A DNA stretch of 63,748 nt, the filler included, from Globobulimina sp. (lineage: Eukaryota), in the NCBI GenBank assembly GCA_003354225.1. It is 37 parts of 37 records of this genome, joined end to end, with 100 filler letters (N's around TTAATTAATTAA, not from the genome) between each part and the next. Parts side by side here need not be neighbours in the genome. Positions count along the whole stretch, not along the records: positions 46,599 to 48,223 come from PIVH01013955.1; positions 48,324 to 49,948 come from PIVH01013956.1; positions 50,049 to 51,673 come from PIVH01013957.1; positions 51,774 to 53,398 come from PIVH01013958.1; positions 53,499 to 55,123 come from PIVH01013959.1; positions 55,224 to 56,848 come from PIVH01013960.1; positions 56,949 to 58,573 come from PIVH01013961.1; positions 58,674 to 60,298 come from PIVH01013962.1; 29 more parts are not named here. One strand, given 5' to 3'. The notes under the pieces were generated by a model that saw nothing but the letters and a program-made list of their open reading frames with translations, did no database searches and was not told the origin of the DNA. Of this stretch, positions 46,599 to 59,210 are shown one piece after another. The position numbers were made by a program, and so were the translations under genes. Each line of letters opens with the position of its first letter. Positions within the stretch are counted from its first letter, which is position 1.

Positions 46599-48223
46599 CC
46601 ACCGCAATGCCACCGCCGTCAATTGCTGCTTGTAATAATACTGCGTAGTCTGGTTTTTTTTGCATAAAAATGTGGTGGAAGTGATATATTGTTTAAATTG
46701 GATCTCATTCATGGAATGGTGTTTTTTGATCACATATTCGATGTTATATTTGCCGTTTTGATGGCGTACAATATCATTAATGATGAAATGATACGATTTG
46801 ATAAAATCGCGAATGAAACAATTGATATGTTTTAGCAAAATGGCAGGTTTTAAGTGTCGCGTATCTTTGCGGCTTAATATCTTGAACCAGCGTCGGATAT
46901 TTTTACCAATTTCATTCCGTGCGTCCAATACTAAACAGTCAAATTTATTCTGTATCTGTGTCACGACATTAGTGCATAAATAGTAATGTTTGATTTTTTG
47001 ACCAGATAATCGATGGCCGATATTGTTGTTGGAGTACACATTGGATTTTAATTCGTATTTATTTGTCTCTACGAACCAATGAAATAAAACCAAGACGATT
47101 CCAATCCTGTCTTCATACGACACCAATAACTCTTGTCTTTGCTGCAAATATTGCTCATTTTTTAATTCTAAGCGTAGATTTTTGCATAAGTTTTTTAATT
47201 GTTTCTGTGAAGAATTCATTTCTTCCTCCAAATTACCGCGATATTCACCTAAATGCGCATTAATATCGGTGAGATCCGTATATTTTTTGTACATATTTCT
47301 TTTATTTTTCTCCATCGAATAGCGTGATTTTGGTCGATTTATGGAATTGTAGCGCTGCATTAAACTGTTATCACTGTTATTGATTGAGTTTATTCGTCGA
47401 TTACTAGTACTTAATTCATCCAATTTTATGTTATTTTGGTCCACAACATCCATTCCAATCACTTTCTCCTCTTCTTGCTGTTGCATATCATGTTCGCTGT
47501 CATCCTCCTTTGCAGCGCCAGCGGCGGGCACTGTGAATGAGAATAATTCTTTCTTCTCGCTATCAGCGGGAAATAGTGGCTCATTGTCGCCAGAGGACGG
47601 TGCCTCCTCTGGTAATACGGGAATGTTGGATGGCGCATTTTTATTGGTATTTGGCGGCGGAGCAGACGATGATTGATAGGCATTGTTATCCGGAGTATTA
47701 ACGTTATTATCAATATGTTTTTGTTGTTTCTGTGCATCAAAATGTGCCATTAATGATTTGATTTCAGATAAATATTTCTGTTCAAATAAGATTCTCCAAT
47801 TAATGATGGAAAGCTGTGTCTGCCCGAATTGTTTGGTAATTTGTGCTTTGCGTAAATGCATTCGTTGATACGCTTTGGATATTTCATTTGTTATGTTTTT
47901 GTATTTTGAAGTTCTTAATTGATATAAATGCCTCAATTGTTTACGTATCCTGTGACATATATATATTTTATATAAAATGTGTATCGATAATTTATGAGAA
48001 TCGTAACTTATCAGATTCTGCCCTCAGTGTAACAATCTCCTTATTTTGGTTAATTTCATTGAATTGTGCTAGTATTTGGGACTGAGTTGTAATTGACTGG
48101 CTTATTGGTTGCAAATTTATTGGTTTGCTTGCTGGTGGTTTATATCGTTGGTTGCTTGCATCTGTGTCCTCAGAAGAGTTAACATCAAAGTAGCCATCTA
48201 AAACGGAAAAATTCATGTTTTTG
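46599..48223 (-). CDS. Hypothetical coiled-coil protein, partial; probable intron near 47950-48000
   Basis: Two adjacent ORFs separated by a short AT-rich gap. Confidence 0.6.
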
Positions 48224-48354
48224 NNNNNNNNNNNNNNNNNNNNNNNNNNNNNNNNNNNNNNNNNNNNTTAATTAATTAANNNNNNNNNNNNNNNNNNNNN
48301 NNNNNNNNNNNNNNNNNNNNNNNGTACCAAAATAACATCTTGCAAAATAAAATG

Positions 48355-49163
48355 ACGCCAACACAAAATGCACAACAAAAACAATTGGAAGAATGCATTG
48401 TGACAGCGATTAAATCTGGTTATTGTGGCATAGACACAGCGCAGGGATACTCCACTGAACACATCATCGGCAATGTGTTAAGAAATAAAAAATATAATAT
48501 ATCAAGAAATGATATTTTTATTACCACAAAGTTAGGCTCAAAAGAAAGAACAATAAAACAATGTTACCAATCAATTGAAAATTCATTAAAGTTATTAAAT
48601 ACAAAATATATCGATTTATATTTAATTCATTCACCGCATACAAAGGACAATGGAATGGATGTTATAAATATTTATAAATATTTATTAACGAATTATAAAT
48701 CAAAAGGAATTATTCGATCTCTCGGAGTTTCAAACTTTAATATTGATCACATAAAATGTATAAAGAAACATAATTTAGAATTGCCGGCTGTAAATCAGAT
48801 CGCTTTCAGCTGTTTTATGAATCCACAGAAAATAACATTGTGGTTCAAGGATATTCGCCGTTGTGCAAAGCATCAAATATTGTTCAAACAAATAAGAGAT
48901 TATTAAACATTGCTAAAAAATACAATAAAAAATGGAGTGATATTTGTTTAAAATATTGCTTTCAAAAAAATATAGCAATAACTTGTCAAAGTAAAAATAC
49001 TCAGCGAATTAAACAAAATATCTGTTCGTATTTTGATAAAACATTTATAATTTCGGAGAATGATATGATTGAATTGGACAAATTGAATGACATTCAGTTA
49101 CGACTGTCATGGGGATCGCAAAACCCATTAGAGATACAATGGGGTATTTTTGAGGAATTATAA
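48355..49163 (+). pseudogene. Aldo-keto reductase with frameshifting deletion near 48830
   Basis: IDTAQGY, IFITTK, DLYLIHSP, LGVSNF, PAVNQI in one frame; ENNIVVQGYSPL in another. Confidence 0.8.
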
Positions 49164-49280
49164 TCCACTCTTATTTATATAACAACACCTTTCTTTTTCA
49201 ATCGATAATTGTTTAATTTATTCGGTGAAAGCCTTCAAGATTCAAGCTCTTTACTTCAAGTTCACAAACAACCAAAAACC

Positions 49281-49845
49281 ATGTTTTCATTACTGTTGCT
49301 TTCATTTCTGGTTCGTATTTTTTTGTTTCTATATTTTTTGGATACTAGTATCATGATTACATGTTACAGGCACTTTCAGTCTCCGCATTACACCGTATGT
49401 TACATAGAATACATGTTATTTTTTTACAAATAAATCACAAACAAAATAAATATGATCAGATATGAATATAAGTTGGATTAATTGTACCCAACCAGATGAT
49501 GGTGCATTGGTAGAATCTCTGTTCTTTTATCCAACTGTGCCAATACTAGGTCAAGATTTAACTGTGATCGCAAAAGGAATTGTTAAATCTGAAACAGTTA
49601 CAAATGATTCATTTTATAATCTTAAAGTTAAATTTGGTTATCTCACCGTGTTGGATACCAATGGACCGCTTTGCGGAAATTCAACCATTGAGTTACCTCT
49701 CCACATTGGTCAAATTACGTTGAAAGGATTGACATGCCCTCAAGTTAAATATAACCTCATTTTGGTTTCCGTGCATTGCTTTCGGAATTTAACTCGATTT
49801 TGTTCAATTAACAACACCTAGAAACCGCAAGAATTGGTAACTTTA
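49281..49845 (+). CDS. ML (NPC2/MD-2-like) lipid-binding protein, intron-containing, truncated
   Basis: Signal exon; ISWINC...P.VPILGQDLTV...GPLCG...LTCP. Confidence 0.7.
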
Positions 49846-50048
49846 AGGGTTTGGTCCCCTATTTTTTTGACAATTTGACAAAAACGATTTGACAATTTGA
49901 CAGTACCGCTAACTCCTCCATGGCCCAAATGTTTTCACTTGTCAAATTNNNNNNNNNNNNNNNNNNNNNNNNNNNNNNNNNNNNNNNNNNNNTTAATTAA
50001 TTAANNNNNNNNNNNNNNNNNNNNNNNNNNNNNNNNNNNNNNNNNNNN

Positions 50049-50450
50049 GGCATTAATGATCCATTTTGTAGCAAATCTTTCCATTGTTGTGTAAATATTT
50101 CATTTTTACTGTCATTATTTTTGTGAGGCGCTTTATTTAACCTTTGCATTACCATAAAAATAGGCAAATCTAGAATCCATCCCGTTCCATCTGCAGCTAT
50201 CTCCAGCTCATTGACTAACGTTTTTACGTCTGTCTCCGAATGCGATTTACCTAATTCCGACAGTAATTGCACCATATGTTCAATGGTAATGAGCACACTA
50301 TTTATTTATTCAAAATACAATATTTTATATTTATATTCTATAGAACTTATGTTTTAGAGTCGTACTTAACTTATTATCATCAAGTTGTTTACTGAATTGT
50401 TGAAGCGCTGTCGTATATTCGTCTATTTCTTTTTGATTAAAAGGTTGCAT
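50049..50450 (-). CDS. Divergent calmodulin-like EF-hand protein, partial, one intron
   Basis: MQPFNQKEIDEYTTALQQF...LSELGKSHSETDVKTLVNEL..ADGTG. Confidence 0.6.
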
Positions 50451-50691
50451 AGTAACAAACACAAATTACCATTGGCATTATGAGTTTATTATATTACTCA
50501 TACAAATGATTTTATAGTGAAATTATAAATGATAATTTACAATGAGGTAAATCGATATTTTTGAACATAAACGTTCTTAATATTAACCAGTGAGTGTATA
50601 TTGAATGGAATCATGGTCATTATTATTAATCCCGAAAGTATAAAGAAAGGTAAATGATGTCGAAAACTTTAACTACAAAACTACAGTAACC

Positions 50692-51243
50692 ATGGACTCG
50701 ATGGTGGATTCACCAAATGTAAAAAGCATATTTCCTGATAAAAAAGATAATGAACAATTTCAAGAATATTATGTGTCATTATTACGAACTGATTTATGCA
50801 AACTTATTCCAAATGGGATTTCTAAACTTATCGCTGAATTAGCAACGGGAACAATCATATCATGCAATCATTGTAAAAAACGCGAAAGCATTGTATTATT
50901 ACATCAAGACGCAGGCATACAATTTTATGTACATTCCTCATTAGTCAAAGCGTTTCCAAATACACCAAATTATTTCTGCAAAAAGTGCATGAACGAACTT
51001 GAATGCATGCGTTGTTTTAATATAATATCAAAATCAAAATTATGCAAATTTCATTGTTTCGCATCGGAACAGCCATATTACGAAAATAAAGAACATATTC
51101 GAGTGAGAAATAATGCATATTATAATAATACAGGTTTTGGCTTTCCTTGCTGTGGCGCTTTATGTATTGGTAGGTTTCAAAAACCAAAAAGTCAACTTAA
51201 TGGATGCAAGGAACTTAAACAGCATTTGTTACCAAACTATTGA
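50692..51243 (+). CDS. Cys-rich hypothetical protein
   Basis: Several CxxC pairs. Confidence 0.6.
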   Translation: MDSMVDSPNVKSIFPDKKDNEQFQEYYVSLLRTDLCKLIPNGISKLIAELATGTIISCNHCKKRESIVLLHQDAGIQFYVHSSLVKAFPNTPNYFCKKCMNELECMRCFNIISKSKLCKFHCFASEQPYYENKEHIRVRNNAYYNNTGFGFPCCGALCIGRFQKPKSQLNGCKELKQHLLPNY

Positions 51244-51773
51244 TACTTTTGTAATTTAATTAAACATTCTTCACTTGATAATAACCGAACTTTCTCAAGC
51301 GCCACCTTGGTAAAACTCAACTCAACGATATATTCCAAAAGATAACCCCCCCCCTTTGTATACCGAAAATTCAATTATAAATTTGTTCTGACTTTGTTCT
51401 GGATTTGCAAAGCGTTTCTCAGATAATTGAATAAAATGTATATCGTTCAGGGGGGGGGGATATATCGTTCAGACAAGACTTACAATTTATTATTTTTACG
51501 GAAATTAACGCCGCGATTTGAAAAAAAAACACATTTTCAAAAAACAAACAGTTTCGAAAATAGTAATATTAAATAGTAATATTATCATATCGCTGGAGCA
51601 TATTTTATGATTATGAAATATATTTAGAAAGCAAAAATATACCACTCGTTATAATGAGCAGAACAGAACAGACNNNNNNNNNNNNNNNNNNNNNNNNNNN
51701 NNNNNNNNNNNNNNNNNTTAATTAATTAANNNNNNNNNNNNNNNNNNNNNNNNNNNNNNNNNNNNNNNNNNNN

Positions 51774-52549
51774 CTCGGTGCGTCCAAAATGGCTCCGAGC
51801 TTCCTTTTGCGTCCATTGCTTTTCTTATTTTCTGTATTTGGCATTCCAGGCGTTGCTGTTACAGTATTTCCAACTGCTTCAATGTCTGTGTTTGCGCTGA
51901 CATTTTTCGTTACGATTTGCTTTGATATAGCAACTGCAAAGTGATTTTTTTTGGGTATTCGCTGAGGAATATCGACGTTAATATTTGTATTGCGATTGGT
52001 GTTCATTTTAATTTTTTTAGCAGGCGGCTGATGATGGTAAATGTTGTAATTATTAATGACATATTTACTGTCATCGCATTGTTCGTATTTATCATTATCA
52101 TTTTGCAGTGTTTCGCGTTTGTAATATTCTAAAAACTTTTCATCACTCAATGGGTTGTTGAGTATGGTGGCGCCGTATTGCACAAATTGCGCATTCTGAT
52201 GCAAATAATGCATAATTTCATTGTGTTGCGAATCGATTAGTAAATAGGACTTAAATTGCATTCTTTGTTTGATATTTTTGAAAGAGTCATAGCATATATT
52301 CCGGCCATGGTCGTCCTTCATAAACGATATGATATAATTTGAGGTTGACACTCGATTCATAGCCTGCCATTCTTCGTTTTTTTCAACTTCAAAATCAGTC
52401 TCAATGCTATTAATATTGAAAGGGGATAATTGTACTTCATAACAACACGGTTCTTTTTCATCTTCGTCAAAGGACACTACTCCTTTATCGTCATAATATT
52501 GCTCCAATGCCTCAACTTTTTGCTCCAACGCTCCAACATCCTGTAACAA
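51774..52549 (-). CDS. Hypothetical protein, partial
   Basis: Long ORF; may be the same gene as 52555-53367. Confidence 0.5.
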
Positions 52550-52554
52550 GAAAA

Positions 52555-53398
52555 TTATTTACTACGCACACAAAATGCAGCAAGAAATACCATATTTGTT
52601 AAGCTCAACAGAGCCTCTTTCAGCAACCATTGAGGGAAACCATCCTCACATAATTCGTCGATTTTATCCACATATTCTTCCAGATTGCTACAAAAACAGC
52701 CTGGCTTTGGGAAACGTAACAAAATGGACAGAACAGGAAATATCAACGCAGTGCGGTTCACTGCTAACCATGCAAAGGTACCGCGGATTGCTTTTGTTAA
52801 TAAGGGGAAATCAATATGTTTGCAAGCAGTAATATCGATATCCTGATTCGAGTCTGTTTTTTTGCAGACATTTGCATTGAGAGTATGGTAGATATTTAAG
52901 TCCATTTTGTGGTTATATTTCAATGATAAATGGTTTGTAAACATGAGAGCCGACGGAATGTCTCTTTTGTTGTCGTCCAACACGTTCATTAACGGAGATA
53001 ATATATGAAATATATCGTCAGATGCAATATTGGTATCAAATGAAGATATTTTTCTATAAAACACTGTTTGTTGCACAAATTGGAATTTTTTAACTTTTAA
53101 GTCTGGATTGGTGATACTAAAATTATTCAGTAAATCATTAATATGGTAATAGTGGTAATTATTATTTTTGCTGCATTCGTTATCGCAGCAATTACACTGC
53201 ATTTTGTGTTCATTTTCATCATTTATTTTATTGACAGTGCTGCAGTTCATACATTTCCATAATTTATGTCGATGATAATACTCAAATAATTGGCAATTTT
53301 TGTTCAATTGCAACAGCATTTCAGTATCAACATTGTCTTCTTCTTCATTGTTGTTATTTATTGCCAAGAATTTTATATTTCAGATGTTTTGTGTTGGG
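52555..53398 (-). CDS. Hypothetical protein with RanBP2-like zinc-finger motif
   Basis: WKCMNCSTVN...CNCC. Confidence 0.5.
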
Positions 53399-53640
53399 NN
53401 NNNNNNNNNNNNNNNNNNNNNNNNNNNNNNNNNNNNNNNNNNTTAATTAATTAANNNNNNNNNNNNNNNNNNNNNNNNNNNNNNNNNNNNNNNNNNNNTC
53501 GATCACAAACAGAGGGAAAGTATACGTACCAACTTTGCCGCCTAAAATAGCACCAAATGTCATTGTTGTGATTAATAAAAAAAATGAATAATTTGCAATT
53601 GATGTGTAATTATCATAGTCAGATTTAGAAACTGGATGAG

Positions 53641-55005
53641 ATGCATTGTGGTACGCTATGTATGAGGCGATATACGGTAAAACATTGCCATACGTCCACT
53701 GAAACGGACTTAGATATTTTCGAAAACGAATTGAAAAAAGTAGATGCGCTGCGTCATGCGGCTGAATATGACAAATTGATTAAAAAAATCAAGGTTTGTA
53801 AGCTAAAAAAAGAAGTGATTCATTCAAAGATAGAGTGTATAAATAAAACGAAAGAATTGACGGATTTGAAGTCATTGGATTTAAATGAATGTCATTGTGT
53901 GTTCTGTAAAGGATACTCACCGCATCAGTATCACTTTGGTATTCGTAAAGATGTCAACGGCTCCAATTATCGCAAAGAAAGACTCCGAAATGAACAGAAA
54001 ATGGAAGCTGAAATAGCTGACCTTTCTGACGATGATGACAGCGATACGTTTGACGATGACGCGGTCATTGAAATACAAGACGTGAACTCCAAGCATATGA
54101 ATAACAGCAATCAGTTCGATCGGAAGTTGTCTATCATCGAAGAGCATTCTTCCGAGGAAAAACATGATGAATTATTCAGCCGTAATCTGAAGAAAGTACT
54201 GTTGAGCCGTAGCAATCAGACAGAATCTGATAAAAAAATAAAAGTGACAATGTGGGATAAACAGAATTATTCTGAAGCAGAAGTGGTGAATAATTTAATT
54301 GAAAAGTTGCGGAAAAAAAGGCAGAGACATGAAGAGAAACAGAATTCGAAGTTGCAGAAACCTGACAAGACTGCAACAGCTACAAAAGGATACTCTGAAT
54401 TTGATCTGATGAGTAAAATGGTGTCAGATTTGAATGCGAAGAGAAAGAAAGCACTGAGCACTGTAAATGTGGGCAAAACTAAGAATAAACAGCGTGTTTT
54501 GAGGAAGAAAGAGTTGAAAAAAAGCAGGAGAGCGAGTGATAGGAATATTGGTAAAGTGAAGCATGAGACAAATGCGACGCAGTCGAGAGATAAGACAAAA
54601 AATTTAAGGAAAAGAGGAAAATCGTTGGAAAGCGGTGCGTTGATAGCTGCGAGGACTCGGCATAAAGGCGGCAAATCCATTGTTGATTTGGAGGCGATGA
54701 TGAGGAGAAGTCGCAAGAAGCAAAAAGAAAAAAAGAATGCGCAGCGAGTGAGGCAATGTAAGAATACAAACAAAAGTAAAAGTAAAAGTGCTGTGGGCGT
54801 GGCTGAGGAGTTATGTTTTGAGGATCGCGATGATGAGAAAGCGATTAAAGCGAGTAAGGGATCGAAAGGGAAGAAATCTGGATCTGGATCGAAAAAAAAA
54901 CCTAAATCTAGAAAGAAATTGAAAAATAATAAAGCTCGAACACCAAAACGAAGGACAATTGCTCGTCAATCCAGATCAAGTTCTGATGTGTCACACGTGC
55001 AATGA
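53641..55005 (+). CDS. Lys/Arg-rich hypothetical protein
   Basis: 454-aa ORF. Confidence 0.65.
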   Translation: MHCGTLCMRRYTVKHCHTSTETDLDIFENELKKVDALRHAAEYDKLIKKIKVCKLKKEVIHSKIECINKTKELTDLKSLDLNECHCVFCKGYSPHQYHFGIRKDVNGSNYRKERLRNEQKMEAEIADLSDDDDSDTFDDDAVIEIQDVNSKHMNNSNQFDRKLSIIEEHSSEEKHDELFSRNLKKVLLSRSNQTESDKKIKVTMWDKQNYSEAEVVNNLIEKLRKKRQRHEEKQNSKLQKPDKTATATKGYSEFDLMSKMVSDLNAKRKKALSTVNVGKTKNKQRVLRKKELKKSRRASDRNIGKVKHETNATQSRDKTKNLRKRGKSLESGALIAARTRHKGGKSIVDLEAMMRRSRKKQKEKKNAQRVRQCKNTNKSKSKSAVGVAEELCFEDRDDEKAIKASKGSKGKKSGSGSKKKPKSRKKLKNNKARTPKRRTIARQSRSSSDVSHVQ

Positions 55006-55523
55006 TTAAGGATATTGATACGCCATAAATGTCGTGTTTTTCAATTATTGTGTCCATATTATTTAATCTTTTTGATACGAAATCTTGTCCTAATTTATTG
55101 CTAATGCTTGTAATATTGAACATNNNNNNNNNNNNNNNNNNNNNNNNNNNNNNNNNNNNNNNNNNNNTTAATTAATTAANNNNNNNNNNNNNNNNNNNNN
55201 NNNNNNNNNNNNNNNNNNNNNNNCGAGTTAAATGCCTTCGTGCTGAAATATGTTTTTTGATTTGAATTAGTATTTATTTTTGTATCTGTTTTTATTGTAT
55301 GTGTTGTATATACCTTATTGATTTCAATGTTTCATTGTTGTGAAATCTCGGGAAAATCAGTGGGATGCGTTCATAATCTTCATATGTGATACGAGGACTG
55401 GTTTATTGCATTGGTTTGAGTTCGCTACAATAAAAAAAAAACGAAGTTCTGAACATTTCCAAAACTTCACAACTGTGTTACAAAAGTACAACAACACTCA
55501 ATATCAATTTTAATATCAAATTG

Positions 55524-56634
55524 CTATTTGAACATTTTAAACATTGTAGATAACTTCATATTTTTCTCATTTTGTTTCTCTCGATCAATGGCATTCCGTC
55601 TTTCATCCCTGACATTGTCATTAATTTGGTTTTGTTGGTTTCTGTTTCTATAATGATCATCAATTTTCCTTTGTGTTTTATCCTTCCTCTCTTCCAATAT
55701 TTGCTCATAAATCGCATCTAACACCGTTTCAAACTCAAAGATCTCAATCACGCCATTGCCATTTTCATCAAATTCATCAAACGGCGGGAATCTGCCGCTT
55801 ATATTCTCATCCAAATCAAATAATAAATAGTCAAATTCCTGTCTGTTCAAACCTTGCTCGTTATCATCCAATGCTTGTTTATCATAAAACAACTTCAACA
55901 AATCCGCTTTCTCTGTTTGCAATTTTATTGTTTCATATTGGGTCCATAAATCATCACACATCGCATCGCATTCTCCCACAAATTCGTCTTGTACACCATT
56001 GGCGCCTTGCAAATTATTGCTTAGTTTGTCAAATTTATCCACACATTTCAATAAACTGTTTTTCTCCACATTTATGCCATACAATGTTGTTTTTAACGTA
56101 GAAACTTCGTCTTGTAATAACTGCTGCACTTCGGTGAAACCGTCGACTTTGTCACGCAATAAATGCGTTTGTTGCTGCAGACGTTGTATGTTGCTCGAAA
56201 CTGTGCCATATTTGAATGTCAAACAGCAACCAAGCTACACACACACATAGGTATTAATATTTATGTTTATCCATATTTATAGATAATAATATATGTAATA
56301 CTCAACCACAGAGCCAATAATAGTGAAAAACACAACACTCAGTAAAATATAATCTATATAATCGCCAAAATCGCCACCAAATGTAGATACTGCCATATCC
56401 AATAAATAACAACACAATGCAAATATGGCTAAAACACATATCAGTCCATATACAAACACAATCATAAATTGGCTCCATTTTAGATACCATTGAGGCAGAA
56501 CCTTTTGAGCTTCCTCTAGATCGGGATCGTTTTCATCCGCTGATTGATCCATCACGTCAGCCACTTGCCTGTCCTTTTCACGTTTCTTTTCGATAAATGA
56601 CATGTCCTTCATTTTCTCTTTTAAAGACGGCATT
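55524..56634 (-). CDS. TM + coiled-coil + EF-hand protein, one intron near 56235-56295
   Basis: Two TMs; DDNEQGLNRQEF and FDENGNGVIEIFEF EF-hands. Confidence 0.75.
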
Positions 56635-57404
56635 GTTAACGTTTCAAAGTAAGTCAACTACAAAACATTTTCGTTCCAAAACAGTGGATCGAAGAATGAA
56701 GGAGACCACTAAATTACCATTATTTTAGCAAGGCAATGGCCCTATTTATTGCTTGGTGTTACAGCTATATAAATATGATATGTTGGCCGAGTGAATATAA
56801 TTAGTATAAACAAGTCCCATCATAAAACATTGGGAACAATTATGAGTTNNNNNNNNNNNNNNNNNNNNNNNNNNNNNNNNNNNNNNNNNNNNTTAATTAA
56901 TTAANNNNNNNNNNNNNNNNNNNNNNNNNNNNNNNNNNNNNNNNNNNNGCAAAAAGTGTTTATCGCAAGCACCGATATTCCAGATTTATGTGTATTATTT
57001 AAATATGATTCAAACTGGTGTTCACAATCAGTTATTCCCAAATTAAATCTTGCCGATTCTCTCAAATTGAGAAAATATTTTGGTGATTCTGCCATGAATA
57101 TCATTGATGATAACTCTGAGGATGTAAAATTATTAAAAATATCATCAAGCATTCTTAATATTAAACAAGATATGTTAGAATTGATTATACTCAAATTATT
57201 CGTTGAAGATAAAACTACTCATACATTGGTTCATCATTTACAAAGTATCGGTTTGTCCCAACTCCAAATGTATCACAAGCCGCGTCTGATGCATATCAAT
57301 TAATGTTTTTCTTTTAATTTTTAAAATTGTAGAAGATTAAGTTAAATCTAAGCTTGATATTCAATCTTTAAAAGTAATTAAAGCAAGTCTATAATATACG
57401 TTTA

Positions 57405-58439
57405 TCAACAAGTTACTGTAAAATCAGAAGGTAATATTCTAATATAAGTAGGTTTTAATGCTTTCCTCTCGCCATCAATATCCATCGGTGGCTCATTCGC
57501 AGCCGTACTCAATGGCTCAATAACAACTTGCTCCACGTCACAATATTTTACACATTCTAAATCTAAATGTGTCCCTGTTTCCAAAGTCAACAAAATAGAG
57601 ACGCCATTCTTTCGCGAGGTTTTCTTATTCCATACTAATCGCAATGTATTTGTTTTAGCATTGAAATCGTGACCGCCCATACAAACATCCTCGCCAATCC
57701 ATTGCAAATTTGTAACACACAATAAACCAAACTCTGCTTCAATGCAAACCCAATCCGATGGATATAAATTTCCTTTATTTTCTATCTCCAATTTCCTCCA
57801 CCAACCTTTCTCATTATTTGCTATTCGGCCTTTTCTCTCTCTCGCACTCTCCGCAACAAATTCTTTCACAACCTCTTTATCGATGGGTTTAAAATATAAT
57901 CTCGCCGCATAAGACGAACCATACGCAATCTCAGAAACTGCCTTTAGAGTAAACCTCAAGCCGCCCATCCAACGGTACCCTTCGGACTCCAAATCCACTG
58001 CCGATAATAGACCGAATTCGGTCGATACAAAACAATATGTATCCTCCTCATCCGCTTGTGACGCTAAATACGCATCGATACGAGTTTCAAAGCCACCAAT
58101 TAATTTCCGTAAACAATGTAAAATATTCTTCATACCCATTTCTGTGGCCAGCGCATTCCCAGAACCACAAGCTATTGCCGTTACGCATAAATCATTTTGT
58201 GTGACATTTTCGTTATAATATAATCCATTTATAACCTCAGAAATGGTGCCATCGCCGCCTATGCACATAATACCATCATATGAATGGTCCGCCGGTAAAG
58301 CTGCACATTGCTGTCGGGCATGAAACTGTTTGTTTGTGGTCAATGCTGTATATTGCAAAGAGTGTTTGTGAAAATCTAAAAACGGTTTCACTAAATCTTG
58401 CCACACTTGTCGTGCGTGACCTGTTCCACTTATTGGATT
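57405..58439 (-). CDS. Sphingosine kinase (DAGK-domain) family, partial
   Basis: NPISGTGHA, IGGDGTISEVINGL, GSGNALA, DLESEGYRWMGGLRF, DIDGE. Confidence 0.92.
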   Translation of the reverse strand, partial: NPISGTGHARQVWQDLVKPFLDFHKHSLQYTALTTNKQFHARQQCAALPADHSYDGIMCIGGDGTISEVINGLYYNENVTQNDLCVTAIACGSGNALATEMGMKNILHCLRKLIGGFETRIDAYLASQADEEDTYCFVSTEFGLLSAVDLESEGYRWMGGLRFTLKAVSEIAYGSSYAARLYFKPIDKEVVKEFVAESARERKGRIANNEKGWWRKLEIENKGNLYPSDWVCIEAEFGLLCVTNLQWIGEDVCMGGHDFNAKTNTLRLVWNKKTSRKNGVSILLTLETGTHLDLECVKYCDVEQVVIEPLSTAANEPPMDIDGERKALKPTYIRILPSDFTVTC

Positions 58440-58440
58440 T

Positions 58441-58573
58441 CGTCTGAAAGTGTTTGAGAATCAACCAGGCGATTTTGCCGGGTGGGATGAATAGGTTCTC
58501 AGCCTCGAGTCCCCAGCCTGCGGGCACGACCAAACCTTCACCAGTGCGCAGAAGCACCCGTTCACCGTTGACG
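58441..58573 (-). CDS. GC-rich bacterial fragment (cupin-like), chimeric
   Basis: VNGERVLLRTGEGLVVPAG; abrupt GC shift. Confidence 0.5.
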
Positions 58574-58673
58574 NNNNNNNNNNNNNNNNNNNNNNNNNNN
58601 NNNNNNNNNNNNNNNNNTTAATTAATTAANNNNNNNNNNNNNNNNNNNNNNNNNNNNNNNNNNNNNNNNNNNN

Positions 58674-59157
58674 CCACCATCTTCCATAATTAGGTAATAA
58701 TTTGTATTGCTATATATTACAAATCATCATTCTGAAAAACATAATATAAATATAGAAAAAGAGACGATTGTTTTTGCAAATAACATGAAACTACTTACCA
58801 TTCAAAAAAACCACAATATTTTATAATTGATTGTGGTGCATTTGTTTCTTCTGTTAAATATTTTAAGATCGAAGATTCCAACAATATATTTTCTGTAATC
58901 TCATGATATCGATTATTCACCAAAGCAATTGAATGTTTATGCAAGTATTTATTTGTAATTTTTATCACAATATTTTCTTTTGTTGCTTTGTTTATTGCTT
59001 TGTATAAACTTCCTATATATAAATATATAATATGTACAACCATTCGGATTAGCGGGGAATGAATGTAATTTTTACCTTGTAATGTATCTGCGATTTTAAT
59101 AATATTAATAAAACCAACTTTGCCAAATTCAGCTTTCAAATCTGCTGCAAACGACAT
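58674..59157 (-). CDS. Ser/Thr kinase N-lobe, partial, two introns
   Basis: IADTLQG|SLYKA, IVIKIT, ENILLESSILKYL, YYLIMEDGG. Confidence 0.75.
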
Positions 59158-59210
59158 CTTGAAAAAACAATTTTAGTTTAAATTTAAATACAAAAAATAT
59201 CATATAAAAC

